A stretch of DNA of 64,000 nt, taken from NCBI RefSeq assembly GCF_009914755.1, contig NC_060926.1, one strand, 5' to 3'. Positions 11,886 through 24,757 of the stretch are shown here, in pieces. The stretch comes from the human T2T-CHM13v2.0 reference genome, Homo sapiens. Both the position numbers and the translations under genes were made by a program. Below the pieces are notes generated by a model. That model had not been told where the DNA came from. It saw only the letters and a list, made by a program, of their open reading frames with translations, and did not search any database. The stretch's first letter is position 1. The number at the start of each line of letters is the position of its first letter.

Positions 11886-14129
11886 AATAGTAGATTTTAA
11901 CAGGAAATGTCTACAGCTGGAGGTGCCACAAGAAAGTGACAAAATTAAACTGGATACCTAAAGGCAGGCTACACAATCTAACCAAAACGGGAGTAATAAG
12001 GTGACAATAGAATAGCATATTTTAAAATTGATCTCATTCTATTTAGGTATAGGACAAATGACAGAAATATTGCTCCCATCTCCAGCTCTGCTTAAAAATT
12101 AATGCTGGTAGACAAAGCCACCTCCTAGGGACTGGGTAGGATCACCAGAAGGAAAAGAAAAAATCTCTCTAAATTATAGTCATGCTCCATACTAGATATT
12201 TGCTGGGGGTGACTGCAGCCAGTCTGTGGGGTTTATGTTGGCATGCTTCAGAAACACAGGGCTTGCAAGCAAAAGTTTAAAAAAAAACTTAACTAAACAT
12301 AACCTACTAGGGCATTTGATCAGGCTGTAAAACTAATAGACTTCTTTTTTAAAAGAAAAAATGTTGACATATTTTTCTTTCACCTAATCTTTGATTGCCT
12401 TTAAGGTGGCAGGGAAGGGGTGATGTTGGAAGTGAGAGCAAAGTGATGAAGGAAAGCAGCCTGAGTCTGTCTTTCAAATATTGCTGCTAATCTGCTCCCT
12501 GCTGCCAGTCCTGCCACTCAGCAGAATTCGAGGGGCTGGAACAAGTGCAATGGAGAGTGAGAAAAGGGAGAAGGGAAGGAAAAAGAGAGAAAGAAGAAAC
12601 TGATGTTGTGTTGGAGGAACAGAGAACAGCAAGACCTTGTTTGTAGCAGCAGAATTCTCAATATACTCCCCCCAAAATCCCCAATTTAATCATATTTCAA
12701 CTCAGTGTGAATCTATTTATGTAGGAATGTAGGTATATAAAGATGCATCTATCATCTATCTGTCATTTATATTGGCTATTTATTTATCAATTATAAGTGA
12801 CTTTTCACTGAGGTCATTTGGGCTTATTATTTTTCTTTATATTTAAACATTTCTTTCCAAGCAAGTTAGGTACACATCCATAAACATGCAATAGGCAGAC
12901 ACACTGACACACACTCTAGATGATAAATGAATCAGATAAATCTATTTATAAATAGTTATCGATCTGCTGCTCTCTGCAGTGTTGCCACTTCACATAGTAG
13001 AGCCAAATGATCTATTTTGCCTTTGGACCTTTGGTTTAGCTGAAAGATGACTACAGTGGTGTGTTGCTAGAAGGTAGCCCATTGGGTCTTTGTCCTTAGG
13101 ACACTGAAGAATAGGAAATAACACCTGGGTGAGCTAGAATCATACTCTTATTTAGGTGCAGAATGCTCATTGCTAGTTCATCTGCAAGGCTCATGGCTGG
13201 GATAAATCATCAGACAGCAGTCTTAACTAGGGAAGAACAGCCCAGCAGGTAACACACACAGCCAGTAAGCTGCCAGCTTATTGACAGCCAGTGTGGTGGA
13301 TTTCATATTCTATAGGGATGTCAGCTTCCAGAGAGTTTAAACAGAAGCCCTAGTGAAGGCAAACTCCAAGACAGTAATTTTGCCTGTCAGGAATGCTATG
13401 CCAGACGGATTTAGCAGTGGCTTGACACGTCCAGACTCTAAAGGACATTTTGAAAGGACTGGAAAATCATCCAGTCTTCCTTTTCCAGCCATTGTCAGCC
13501 ATCCCCACCCATCAGAAACCACGGCCTTAAAATCAGGAAGGTCTTAGCAGTAGAATAAAGGGTCACAGGAAGAGAAATTTCCATGTGGTAGCGGCAGCCT
13601 TTACTCACTTCAAGTTAGCTATCTTCATTTTGTACCAGAATTCCCTTACCCCTCTAAGTGCTCCTTATGGCAGGCAAATCCACTCTCACCTAAGCTCACA
13701 AGATATTCCACCGTAAATTTGTATATAATGCATAGATTTCTAGAAACCGCTTTTGTCTAAAAGGGGCTGGAAACAAACAAGAAAAGTCTTCCAAATGAAA
13801 AGAAAGGGATAATTGCCCTGCACTAAAACTTATATTCACCCTACAAATACAGAAGATATCCTTAGTTTCTTTTACCACCTTAATCATATTTGAGAGAGAG
13901 TGAGAGTATTTAAAGTGCTTGACTATTAAAAGCAATTAATAAAATTGCAGTGAACAGCCTTGCTTCCCTAGAGTTATTATTGACTTAAAGCTTTTACTTC
14001 ACTGTGATTAGCAAATAAGAATAACTGTATAAACAGCAATGAAATGGATTTTTCTTCCCTCATAAAGAGAAATTGTCAAATTGTCATATAGATGGCAACT
14101 TAGTGGAGTGATTGTGATTGTCCTAGACT

Positions 14130-14300
14130 GTTTTTTTTTTTTTGTTTTTTTTTTAGAGACAGTCTTGCTCTGTCACCCAGGCTGGAGTGCAGTGGCACGA
14201 TCTTGGCTCACTGCAACATCTGTCCCCCAGGTTCAAGCAATTCTCCTGCTCAGCCTCCCGAGTAGCTGGGATTACAGGCACATGCCGCCATGCCTGGCTA

Positions 14301-14351
<51 letters not shown>

Positions 14352-14473
14352 TTTAGTAGAGATGGGGTTTCACCGTGTTGCCCAGGCTGGTCTCGAACTA
14401 CAGAGCTCAGGCAATCCACCTGCCTCGGCCTCCCAAAGTGCTGATATTACAGGAGTGAGCCACCGTGCCCGGC
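14130..14473 (-). mobile_element. AluS with (TG)n expanded in the middle A-rich linker
   Basis: Full Alu in reverse. 13-bp TSD ATTGTCCTAGACT at 14117-14129 and 14474-14486; (TG)n at 14305-14347. Confidence 0.95.
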
Positions 14474-15529
14474 ATTGTCCTAGACTCTTTATGTAAAGTA
14501 TCTGCCTTAATCAAATCAACCAAGTTCTGCAAACATGATCTATCTACTTGAATTTGGAGGCCATTTTCTAATATAGAAACTTCAATATAATGACTGTAGT
14601 TGTTATAAGGCATTGCCAATATATCTATAAAGGAGGTGTTTTTTTTTATTTTCCTATGCAGGTTTTTAGTAGATAGAAACATAGTCAGAAAATAGGTAGA
14701 TGGGCATTGGTAGAGATATAGGTATTGCTAGATGGAGTGATAACAATTTCTCATATTTTACATGCCATTAGTATGTAGGTCCTATATTTGAATCTGGAAC
14801 AATCAAGTGAGACTATTTGTAACATCAGCCCTGAACACCAGCAGCATTCTATCCTCACCTTTGCAATTACCCACTCTGGCCTTTCTTATAAGGCATAAGC
14901 AATATCATATATTCTCATTCAAATCTTGCCTTCTTTAGAATTTAAACCCTGGAGGATAACAACCTTTTCCCCAAGAGGGCCAGAGGGAGATATGGCAAAA
15001 ATGTCATGTCACTTCAGGAATTCCATCAAATGGCCCAACTTCAGAGCAGAGGTATTCTAATCTTGATACTGTCTAAGCAACCAAGTCCTAAAATGTCCAG
15101 TTTGCTGAGAACCATCTTTGCATTTACTTACTATGAATATTTTATTCATGTATTTATTTTTAATGATTGACCCACTGTTCTGTACCTGCATGGAGTCAAT
15201 GTTAGTTTGTAAATTCCTATAGGTCAGAGAATATGTTATTTTAACTCTATCTTATCCCCATCTCATCTTTCAATTTTGTATTTAAAGAATGAGTACTTAA
15301 TAAATAATGCTGTCAATGGGTTCAGTAAAATACCTTACTAAGCTTTTGGAGCACACTATATTCTTCTACCTTAGTTAACTGCCAATACATTAAACTCTCT
15401 TTTTATTTATCTTGAATTGATCATTTCCCCCCATTTCCCATAAAATACTTAGCAAAAGGCTTGCTAATAGCAAGGGCCCAATATATGTTAATCATTCTTT
15501 TGAGAAGGTATCCAGTTCTTGGACTTCAG

Positions 15530-15710
15530 ATTCTGTCATTTCTATATTATAAACCTGACCATATCACTCTTGGTCGTTTGAGCTTGGGCAAGTCATTTAA
15601 TCTGTCTACAGATAATAGTACATTTTTCATAGCCTTTGCTATGAATTAATGCATGTAAACCACTTAGCATAGTTCTTGCCACATAACACAAACTTAAAAA
15701 AAATACTACC
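15530..15710 (+). mobile_element. MIR fragment
   Basis: 'gagcttgggcaagtcatttaatctgtct...aattaatgcatgtaaaccacttagcatagttcttgccacata'. Confidence 0.7.
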
Positions 15711-15749
15711 ATTCTAATTACTTTTGGCAGGTCATTTGACACTAGCATT

Positions 15750-17625
15750 CCCTTTGGAGACTCATGCAAACTTTGCCCTTTCTTGGCATAACCTGGCCTC
15801 TTTGCTCTCTTTCTGCCTACGTCCACCCACTGTTACTCTGCTGCACATATTTTTCTTCCTCCCCTGACTCTTTAAAGGTGAATATGCTTCAAAGTTTCTG
15901 ATCTGAGAATATTATTACTTTTACAATACATTCTAGACTTAGACTATCTCATTTACTCTCAAAGGTTTGCACTTTTATCTCATCACTTCAGTGTATGGCA
16001 TTGCCTCATAATTTTCAGAGTAAAAAAAGAGGCCATAAGGCAGGAATACCTTCATCTTGCCACTGTCAAATCTCTAAACCCACCTGTATCTGTCCTGTCC
16101 TCGTTGTTTCACCTCTTTTGCAACATAGGATGCATCTTTCCTACAAAAACAAAGGCCGATTCCTTCACCTTTACCCCAGATTACCCACTTTACCCCTGTA
16201 CCTCAGCTTCAGCCTGGTTCAGGACTTTTGTCATACCTGTTTTCCTCTCTTTTCCTACTTAGTCTCTCCCTTTCTGAATTCTTCCCCTAGGCATTCAATA
16301 TGCTTAACAGTTCCTATATGTAAAACCACAAGCAACAATAAGAATGCCTTCCATTTTGCCCACATCTTTCTGTTTACTGCTCTAATTTTTTTTCTCCGCT
16401 TTACAATCAAGCTTCCAAAAGCATTGTCCATGTGCTGTCAATCAATCTTCCAGAAAGCATTGTCCATCTGCTGTCTTCTCTACTTTCTCATTTCCCTTTC
16501 ACTCTTCAAGGCAATTCAGTCTGGCTGTGAGTCCCACTACAGCAAAACTATTTTCTTTAGAGTCACCTGTGATATCCATGATTTTATAGCTCATATGTGT
16601 TATTCTGCACTCATCTTTCTTGACTTACTGGAATTATGTAACATACTGGCCTGCATTACTGGTCTTTTATGACACCGGACTCTCTTGGTTTTCTCTTCCA
16701 GATAATTCTAAGTCCACGTTGATTATTATCACCTTGCTCTCTACCCTATAACTAAATGTTGGTGTTCAACAAGTCTTAGTTCAACTATCTCTTCTCACAC
16801 TTCCATCTTGTCATAACAATCTCACCAGTTGGCATGGCTTTAAATACCTTCTGTGTACTAGATCTCTATATGTGTGTGTGCGTATATGTCTAAATGTGTA
16901 TCTCCATAACTGCCACAGCCTGTATTCTCAGCTTCAGAAACTTGATAAGCTACACACATATTATCTCCAATTGGAATTGCTATAGGCATCATAAACTTCC
17001 ATCTTCAGAAACTGAGCTTTAAATATTCTTAAATTGTCCCAGTCTGTGATAGTGGCACCTCCATCTACTTAGTTGGGACTAGAAAAAGTCCATTCAATTG
17101 TTCACATGAAAGTCGTCTCTCATCCCTCTTTCTCGCTTACTTTCCATCTTGATTCATCACCAACTCTTTCAACTTTGCTTCTGCTTTTCTTTTCTACCAC
17201 CATCATGCTAATCTAATCCCCATCATTGCTCTTTGGTATTATTGATATAATCTCCTAATTAGCTATGTCCTTTTTTGACCACATTATCCATCCCACCTCC
17301 TAGTAGCCACAATAAAATTCAAATTTTACCATGTCACTTATCTGCCTAAAATTTGTCTATAAATTGTCACTGTTTAAAATAAATTCTAAAATCCTTTGCA
17401 TAGCTTTAAAAGCCTTATATGGTCTGGTCGCTGACTCTCTTTACAATTTTATCTCAAACTTTGTCTTCTTTTTATTCTCTAAGTTTCAGCCGCTCTCATC
17501 TTTTTTAGTTCCATGAATACTGGCATGCTTTCTCTAATCTCATACATCCAACATCCTTAACTCGCATAACTCCTTCTCATTCTTCAGATCGCTGCTTAAC
17601 TTAAACATCTTCAGAAGAAGCTTTA
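15750..17625 (+). mobile_element. L2 LINE (fragmented, RT region to 3' part)
   Basis: Pyrimidine-rich L2 texture; the frame reads 'IQSGCESHYSKTIFFRVTCDIH...SALIFLDL', a decayed L2 RT motif. Confidence 0.7.
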
Positions 17626-17628
17626 CTA

Positions 17629-17768
17629 AGCTGGGCATGGTGGCTCACACTTGTAATCCCAGCACTTTGGGAGGCCAAGGCAAGTGGATCACTTGAGGTC
17701 AGGAGTTCGAGACTAGCCTGGCTAACATGGTGAATGAAACCCTGCCTCTACTAAAAATATAAAAATTA
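17629..17768 (+). mobile_element. AluS left arm only (host of a nested Alu)
   Basis: Left monomer through 'ctaaaaatataaaaatta', followed directly by a new Alu 5' end. Confidence 0.9.
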
Positions 17769-18240
<472 letters not shown>

Positions 18241-18249
18241 ATTGTTAAC

Positions 18250-18860
18250 ACTAATTTTCTAAAAATTCAGATGAAATCATATCACTTCACGTTCATGCCT
18301 CCCCATTTCTAACAACAATAACAAAAAATACTCAGACTCCTTTTTAAGATATCTAGCAATCTGGACTCAACCTACCTTTATCATTACTCAGCTCAACCTT
18401 CTTCAACTCCTGCACTGCAAACATCCCTAATTAATTCAGTGTTCCTAAATCACAACATACACTTTCATGCTTTCATGCTTCCATGCCTTTGATTATGCTG
18501 TTCTTTCAACTTGGAATGCCTACTTCATGTCTCAAACACTTGTAAATTCAAACCCAAGATTATTTTCACAATGTCATCCCCAAGCCTGTTACTTAGAATT
18601 AATTACTTTCTTGTATCTCCTATAGCGCCTGTACCTCTACTGAGCACTAACTTTAGTTTACCTTACACTATCGATAATTGCATACATTTCTGCCTCCTTG
18701 CCCCAGTCCCTCACCAACTAACCCCAGTGATGCAATTTGTTTGAAATTTCCATGTCAGTAGCAACTATATCCTCAACACCTTCCTTTAACATACAGTATC
18801 TAGCAGGGTGGTATCGAGCAAACAGACCATCCAATGGCAAACACTCAAAAGTTATTTGTT
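18250..18860 (+). mobile_element. L2 3' region fragment
   Basis: 'atcatatcacttc...cagactcctt...ccatgccttt...gctgttctttcaacttggaatgcc', typical of L2. Confidence 0.55.
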
Positions 18861-19044
18861 GACTTGAATTGGGAAAGAATTGAGTAGTTTAAGGTTATGA
18901 CAAAAATAAGACCTTTTTTCTTTTCAGAGATACTACCTAGCTGGCATAATGATAGAATTGAATTTATTATTGATGCTATTGCCAAATGCTTAATTATAAC
19001 TTGTATCAGTGGGGAAAAAAAATTAAGCAGTCTGTTACTTATGA

Positions 19045-19340
<296 letters not shown>

Positions 19341-20479
19341 AATAATCTTACTTCATGAGATTCAGCTTATCAGTAAACTGTTTCCCTACAATAAACACCA
19401 GGAATGTGATAGCAACCATTTAAGCATTTTATATTTAAAGAGTGACAAAGTAATCCGAACCCATTTTTTCCCCAAAATAAAATATATTGTGTTTTTCACT
19501 TCCCTACATGATCTCTCTGTTTACCAAATTTCAGAACAGTGAGAGGTTTGAATTTTTCTTTTTACAGTCAAATTATTAATGTTAGAAAATGCAATATCTT
19601 CAGGGGATAGTAATGGACTCCTGAACAAAAATGTAAAATTGCCTAGAGATGTAATGTCAGTTAACTAGAAGTTTTTATTTCCCTTCCAAACTGCAATCTG
19701 GCTTCTATATGAAACAGGATCCTTTGTCTTTTTGGCAGCCTCTTTGGCTGAACTGAGATCTAAACGTCCAGCGTTCCTTTAAAACAGTTCAACAAGGCCA
19801 GGAAAGAAAATCGTGCTGACCAATACACCTATTCCAAGACCTGGGATGCTTGATTTTTAGACCTAATATCAGTCCAGTCAGGGTATCTCATGGCTAGGAT
19901 CTCATCTCATTATTTTTTCAATTCATATTGGATTCACTGTTAAGCTATTTTCAGTCATGCACATTGACCTAGATTCTCCCACAGTGTAAGCTACTCCCCA
20001 GGAGTATGCTAGGTACTTGAGGAAACTGCATTAACACTTTCAGGGATGCTACAATAATGGGTTTCCTGGTGCCTGAAAAGAGCTGCCTCACAGGATATTA
20101 AATGATACCTTCATATACGGAAGAGGATTTATACAACTTCTATAATGATCTGCTGTGCAAACCAGGGGAAACCCAGAAACTAAGAGAAAATGCTTACTAA
20201 ATAGAAGGAAAACAAATATTTAGATAATAGATTTTTTAAATCTTCTAATAGAAATTACAGTGTACAATTATCAGCTGGTTTCTAATTATAGGAAGGTTTT
20301 TGACCCAATACCAAGGTTACTAGAAAATTAAAGTGCTATTTTAAAGATAAATGATGACTTTGCCCTGGAGGCTCCTTCTCGCAGTCTCTGCCATTGAATC
20401 TAACTCAACGTTCTGTGATCCTTTAGAGACAGTACTTTATTTTCTACCAATTGAGCCTTTAAGGAGGTATCTCTTTAAC

Positions 20480-21165
20480 TACATTGTTAATTTGTAGAGA
20501 AATTTACCTCAAACTAGCTTCAGCAAGAGTAGCCAATTGTTCTTGGCTCTTGAAACTCAAAAGTCCAGGGATAGATGTTTGAGGAATGGCTGGATCCAGG
20601 GTATCAAATGATACCACCCAGCTCATTTAATCTTTCCGGTGTTTCACTCTTTCTCCATTTCTGCACCTCTCAGCTCTTTCTTCTGTGTTTGACTTCCTTC
20701 TCCGGGGACTTCTTTCTTCATTAATGGTGGCACTTGGACTTCCACAGGCATACCAGCTCAGCAAATCGGCAGAAATAGCGTTTCAGTAAAAGTCCCAACA
20801 GTGAATCTCATTGGACTGGCGTGGGCCTTTTTACCTTCAACATTTTACCCATTCACTCACCTCTACATTGGATAGCCTGAGAGATTGTAAAGCACAGTGG
20901 TTAGGAACATGCAGTGTGGAAGCCACCATGCCTGAGGAATAACCTGACTCTGCCTCTTCCTGACCATGCTACTGTCTATCCTGGAATAAATCAGTGTAGC
21001 CAGAGGTCGTACTGCCCATGTTGTCAAGGCCTGCATTATGTCCCCATTCTGGCCAGGTGAAGGTGGAAGTAAGGTCAGTTCCACCCGCTTCGAGATCAGT
21101 GAAGGGAACAAAAACAAGAAGCTGTTCTAAGAAAATTAGCAGGCATAAACCACCAATGTCTATTA
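20480..21165 (-). mobile_element. MLT1 (ERVL-MaLR) LTR remnant interrupted by a MIR-like piece at about 20880-20990
   Basis: 'ctcaaactagcttcagcaa...aaagtccaggg...ggaatggctggatccaggg.tcaaatgat' is an MLT1J/K-like reversed end. Confidence 0.55.
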
Positions 21166-22849
21166 AACTGATACATGAAAAATAATTAGCATACATCTTA
21201 TGGTTAAATACAGAACAAGGGCTAACACAGATGTGGGAGGTACCTACACCACAGCTCTTCTCAGACTGCATTGTTGTTACTTGTTTACAAGTGAGTCTCC
21301 CTCAGTAAACCTGAAGCCTCTCAAGGTCAGGGGCTGTTTCCGGTGAAACAAGGAGTAACTAGCCTGTGGAGAGATTTAGTGAATCTTTCTGAATAAGGCA
21401 GAAATGGCTCCAGCTTTAAACAAAATACTTTCCACAATATATTTGCAAATATATTTGCACATTTTATTTCACTCACAAGAAAATACACGGCTGTAATTAC
21501 TTGGAAAGAGACTCTATAATTCAGTAGAATTTACCAACTTCCACATTGTCTTAAAAAAGAAAACTGATGGAGATTGACACCACTATCTTTGAGTTTACTG
21601 CCCATTATAGTACTTTAAAAAAATACTGGTGAGGGAACTATGGAGATGAATTAGAACTTGAATTAAGCTAAGGTTGTTGATGGTTCAAATTTATTACCAT
21701 CAAAAAAAGCTGTTTACTTGCTTCTTTGAAATATGCCAGTGGGTTTAACCCTGTCCCTAAGCTAAAATTTGTTCTCCTCTCTTCACTAGAATCTCTTTGA
21801 GCCAGGAACAGAGGCATACACAGAGGTCCATGATGAGACTTGAACTTGCAGTTTTTGTGGCGTCCAGTTTTTATGCCTCTAACATAAATTCACTGTCTGG
21901 GATTATCAATTCATGTTACAGCTTAACTTCTTTTTAAAAATGACCAAACAAAAGCTTCAATAAATATCTGGTTCAGAAATAGACAAGACAGAAGCAAAAT
22001 GCACTCTTCTGATGGTGTATAAACTCTTGTAAGCCTTGGAAGAGGTTATTTGCTAAATGTCTAAAAGAGTTAATGATCTTCCAAAAGGGAATAAAGATCA
22101 AACCCAGTGTCCTCCAAGCAGCACTAATGGCCCAGTACACTAAATCTTATACTCTTCTCTAAGTGATTTCAGTCTTTTTCCTTGCCCTATTGAAAGCAAA
22201 ATTCTACCCCTTTATAAGGGACAAAAGAGGAAACTACTTTTAGATTGCATTAAAACCATATGCTGCCCAGGAAATTCAGCATTAGCAAGCAGTAAATTAC
22301 ACTTTGAATTTGCTTGTTGTTTCTGGGTGTTGCCACAAACATACTACAGTATGTGATAACACTTAGTGGCTACATACCCTATCCATGCCATTTGGAAAAT
22401 ATGTATTGCATTAATGGCGGACTTCAGTTTCAACTCAGTCTTCCCATCTGCCCCCCATAAGCTGGTTTAGATCATAACACATAATTTCCTAAGTATGACT
22501 AATAAGCACTTTAGTGCAAATTCATTTAGATTCTACCCTCCCTCCATTTTGCGAGGTAAAATGAAAGAGATTTTTTTCAGCCTAACTCCCACTGCCCATT
22601 AAAGTTGTGTATATAAATAAGCCAGGTTATCTTTTTCCTTGTGAGAAATGCTGTTTTATCTAACAGTCGCTTTCCTAGGAGTTCAGTACTCCACTGCTCT
22701 AAATTAGGACACTTTATCTTAAGGCTTCATAATCTTACGAGACTATAATTGGAAAGTTTATAAAAATAAAATCCTGCTTTGTAAGCTTGGCAGCTGAGAT
22801 AGAAGGAGGGAATGAGAAGGGCTACAGCAGAATTACACCATCACTGCTA

Positions 22850-23560
22850 CCCTGACTCCGCTTGACAGAGCCGTTTAATATTTTGACAAGACAAAATATA
22901 AAGCAGCATTTTATTCTGTAGAGACTTCACTAGACACAAGCATGGAAGTGCTTGTGATCAATAAAGTTTGTGGTGGAGAGTGATTTATTTACAGCAGGGT
23001 ATTATGTAGAGAAAGAGCTGTGATATTTCCACAGGCTTTGACGGCATAATGGGCCCCTCTCAATCCTTACATGGAAGGGTTAGATTGTCATGGTTGCTCA
23101 GGCAGTATTCAAAACGTTATCTGATGAGCCTTAAAGACTTCAGAACGAGACAGATGATTAGTTACCCTAAACGATCCTCATCATGCAGAAATTGATGATT
23201 TAATATAGTCAATGACAGACGATTCCATTTGTACTAGATAAAGTGTCTGCGGTTTGTATCAATCATAATAGAGTTATTATTGAGCATAAAAGAAAAGCAT
23301 GTTTAATATCATTAATTCCAGATATGTCGCTTTCCACATCTGGCATTCATCCATAGACCAGAACCACTCCAGGCTATCATTCCTGCCTCTGTGCTGGCGA
23401 CTCCAGTGTTTTTTGTAATTTCAAAATGTTTTTCAGCACCTCCAGCTAGGCGCAATAACAGTTTACAGATTACCTATGTCATCACATTTTGACAAACTTC
23501 TCAATCTGATGTGACCTTCATCTTCAGCCATCTGCTTGCCTTTGTTTCTGCTCTTTTTTG
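22850..23560. promoter_or_regulatory. Candidate conserved non-coding element / developmental enhancer
   Basis: Lies in a ~2.8-kb stretch without recognisable repeats. TGATTTAT (22981), TGATTTAA (23196), TGACAG (23213), CAGATG (23151), CATCTGGC (23337), many TAAT cores and retained CpGs. Confidence 0.45.
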
Positions 23561-24209
23561 ATAAACCTTCACAGCTTAAAGCTGTAGTAGTTTGTTCCAC
23601 ACGCTGTACTTCTAGGTCAACATTTCACCTGTGTAAATCCAGAAACACAGACTGCAGTGTAAAGATGGTGACCTGGGTTCAGGTCCCCAGGTACCTGACC
23701 CACCCTCACCCCCTTAGTTATATTTTTCATCATTCATGTCAAATGCATTTTGATTGTATGGAGGGGGAAGCACACGATCAGAAAAGAGAAGGCATAAGTG
23801 GGCACTGGAATGAGGAAAGGGGGAGAAAGAATAATCAGTGAAGCTGAAAAGTTGGGAAAAGCAGGGGGAAATGTAATTTCTGTATTTTTCTTATCTGCAA
23901 ACAATGTAACAATGGGAGAGGCACATAAATAAGAAGGAAGCAGAGTCCCTAACTTTCTTTTAGGTAACATTATAGTTACCTAAAATAAATATTGTTTCTT
24001 CTTTATTTTGAAAACTATATGTTGAAACAACCAAAAATGTCCAAACATCAAATATTGTGTATCAAATTTTTAGAAAAGAAAAAAAACTCATTCAGAAAGA
24101 AAACGTCTCTCCTATTTAAATTACTTTTACTAACAACTGCACTCTAGGTTGCAAAACACTTCTTTTTAAAAAAAAAATAATCGATTTGGAGACAATTTTT
24201 AAATGTATT

Positions 24210-24561
24210 TGATATGATTTCGCTCTGTGTCCCTACCCAAATCTCACCTTGAATTCTAATAATCCCCACATGTCAAGGGTGGGATCAGGCAAAGATAATT
24301 GAATCATCGGCAGTTTCCTCCATGCTGTTCTCTTAATAGTGAGTGAGTTCTCACAAGAACTAATGGTTTTATAAGGGGTTTCCCCCTTTGCCTGGCTTTC
24401 ATTCTCTCTCCTGCCACCCTGTGAAGAGATGCCTTCTGCCATGATTATAAGTTTCCTGAGGTCTCCTTGGCCATGCAGAACTGCGAGTCAATTAAACCTG
24501 TTTTCTTTATAAATTACCCAGTCTCAGGTATTTCTTCATAGCAGCATAATGGACTAATACA
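24210..24561 (+). mobile_element. THE1 (C/D-like) solo LTR, ERVL-MaLR
   Basis: TG...CA ends: 'tgatatgatttcgctctgtgtccctacccaaatctcacc'...'ggactaataca'. 5-bp TSD GTATT/GTTTT. Confidence 0.9.
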
Positions 24562-24569
24562 GTTTTTAT

Positions 24570-24680
24570 TTAACAAATATTTATTGTGTACCTACTATGT
24601 GCTGACACTATTTAAGCACTGAGAATACATCAGTGAACAAAGCAGACAAAAATTCCTGTCCTCATAATGCTTACATTATT
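24570..24680 (-). mobile_element. L2a 3' end
   Basis: 'aacaaatatttattgtgtacctactatgtgc...gaatacatcagtgaacaaagcagacaaaaattcctg'. Confidence 0.8.
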
Positions 24681-24757
24681 ATACTGATTACTAATGTAAA
24701 AGAAATTGTTAGAAGTTAGACAGTTATAAACAGAACACCTAAAAAATTAAAGACAAC

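Noticed and set aside
14081-14496. Multiple ORFs with CVCVCV/HTHTHT
   Set aside because: Alu plus (TG)n translation artefacts. The same applies to ORFs at 10373, 37507, 43227, 47044, 54241, 54924 and 56101.
15995-16672. 225-aa ORF, the longest in the track
   Set aside because: It lies within an L2 remnant, has an L/F/S/C-rich low-information composition, includes a tandem duplication, and has no splice or promoter context.
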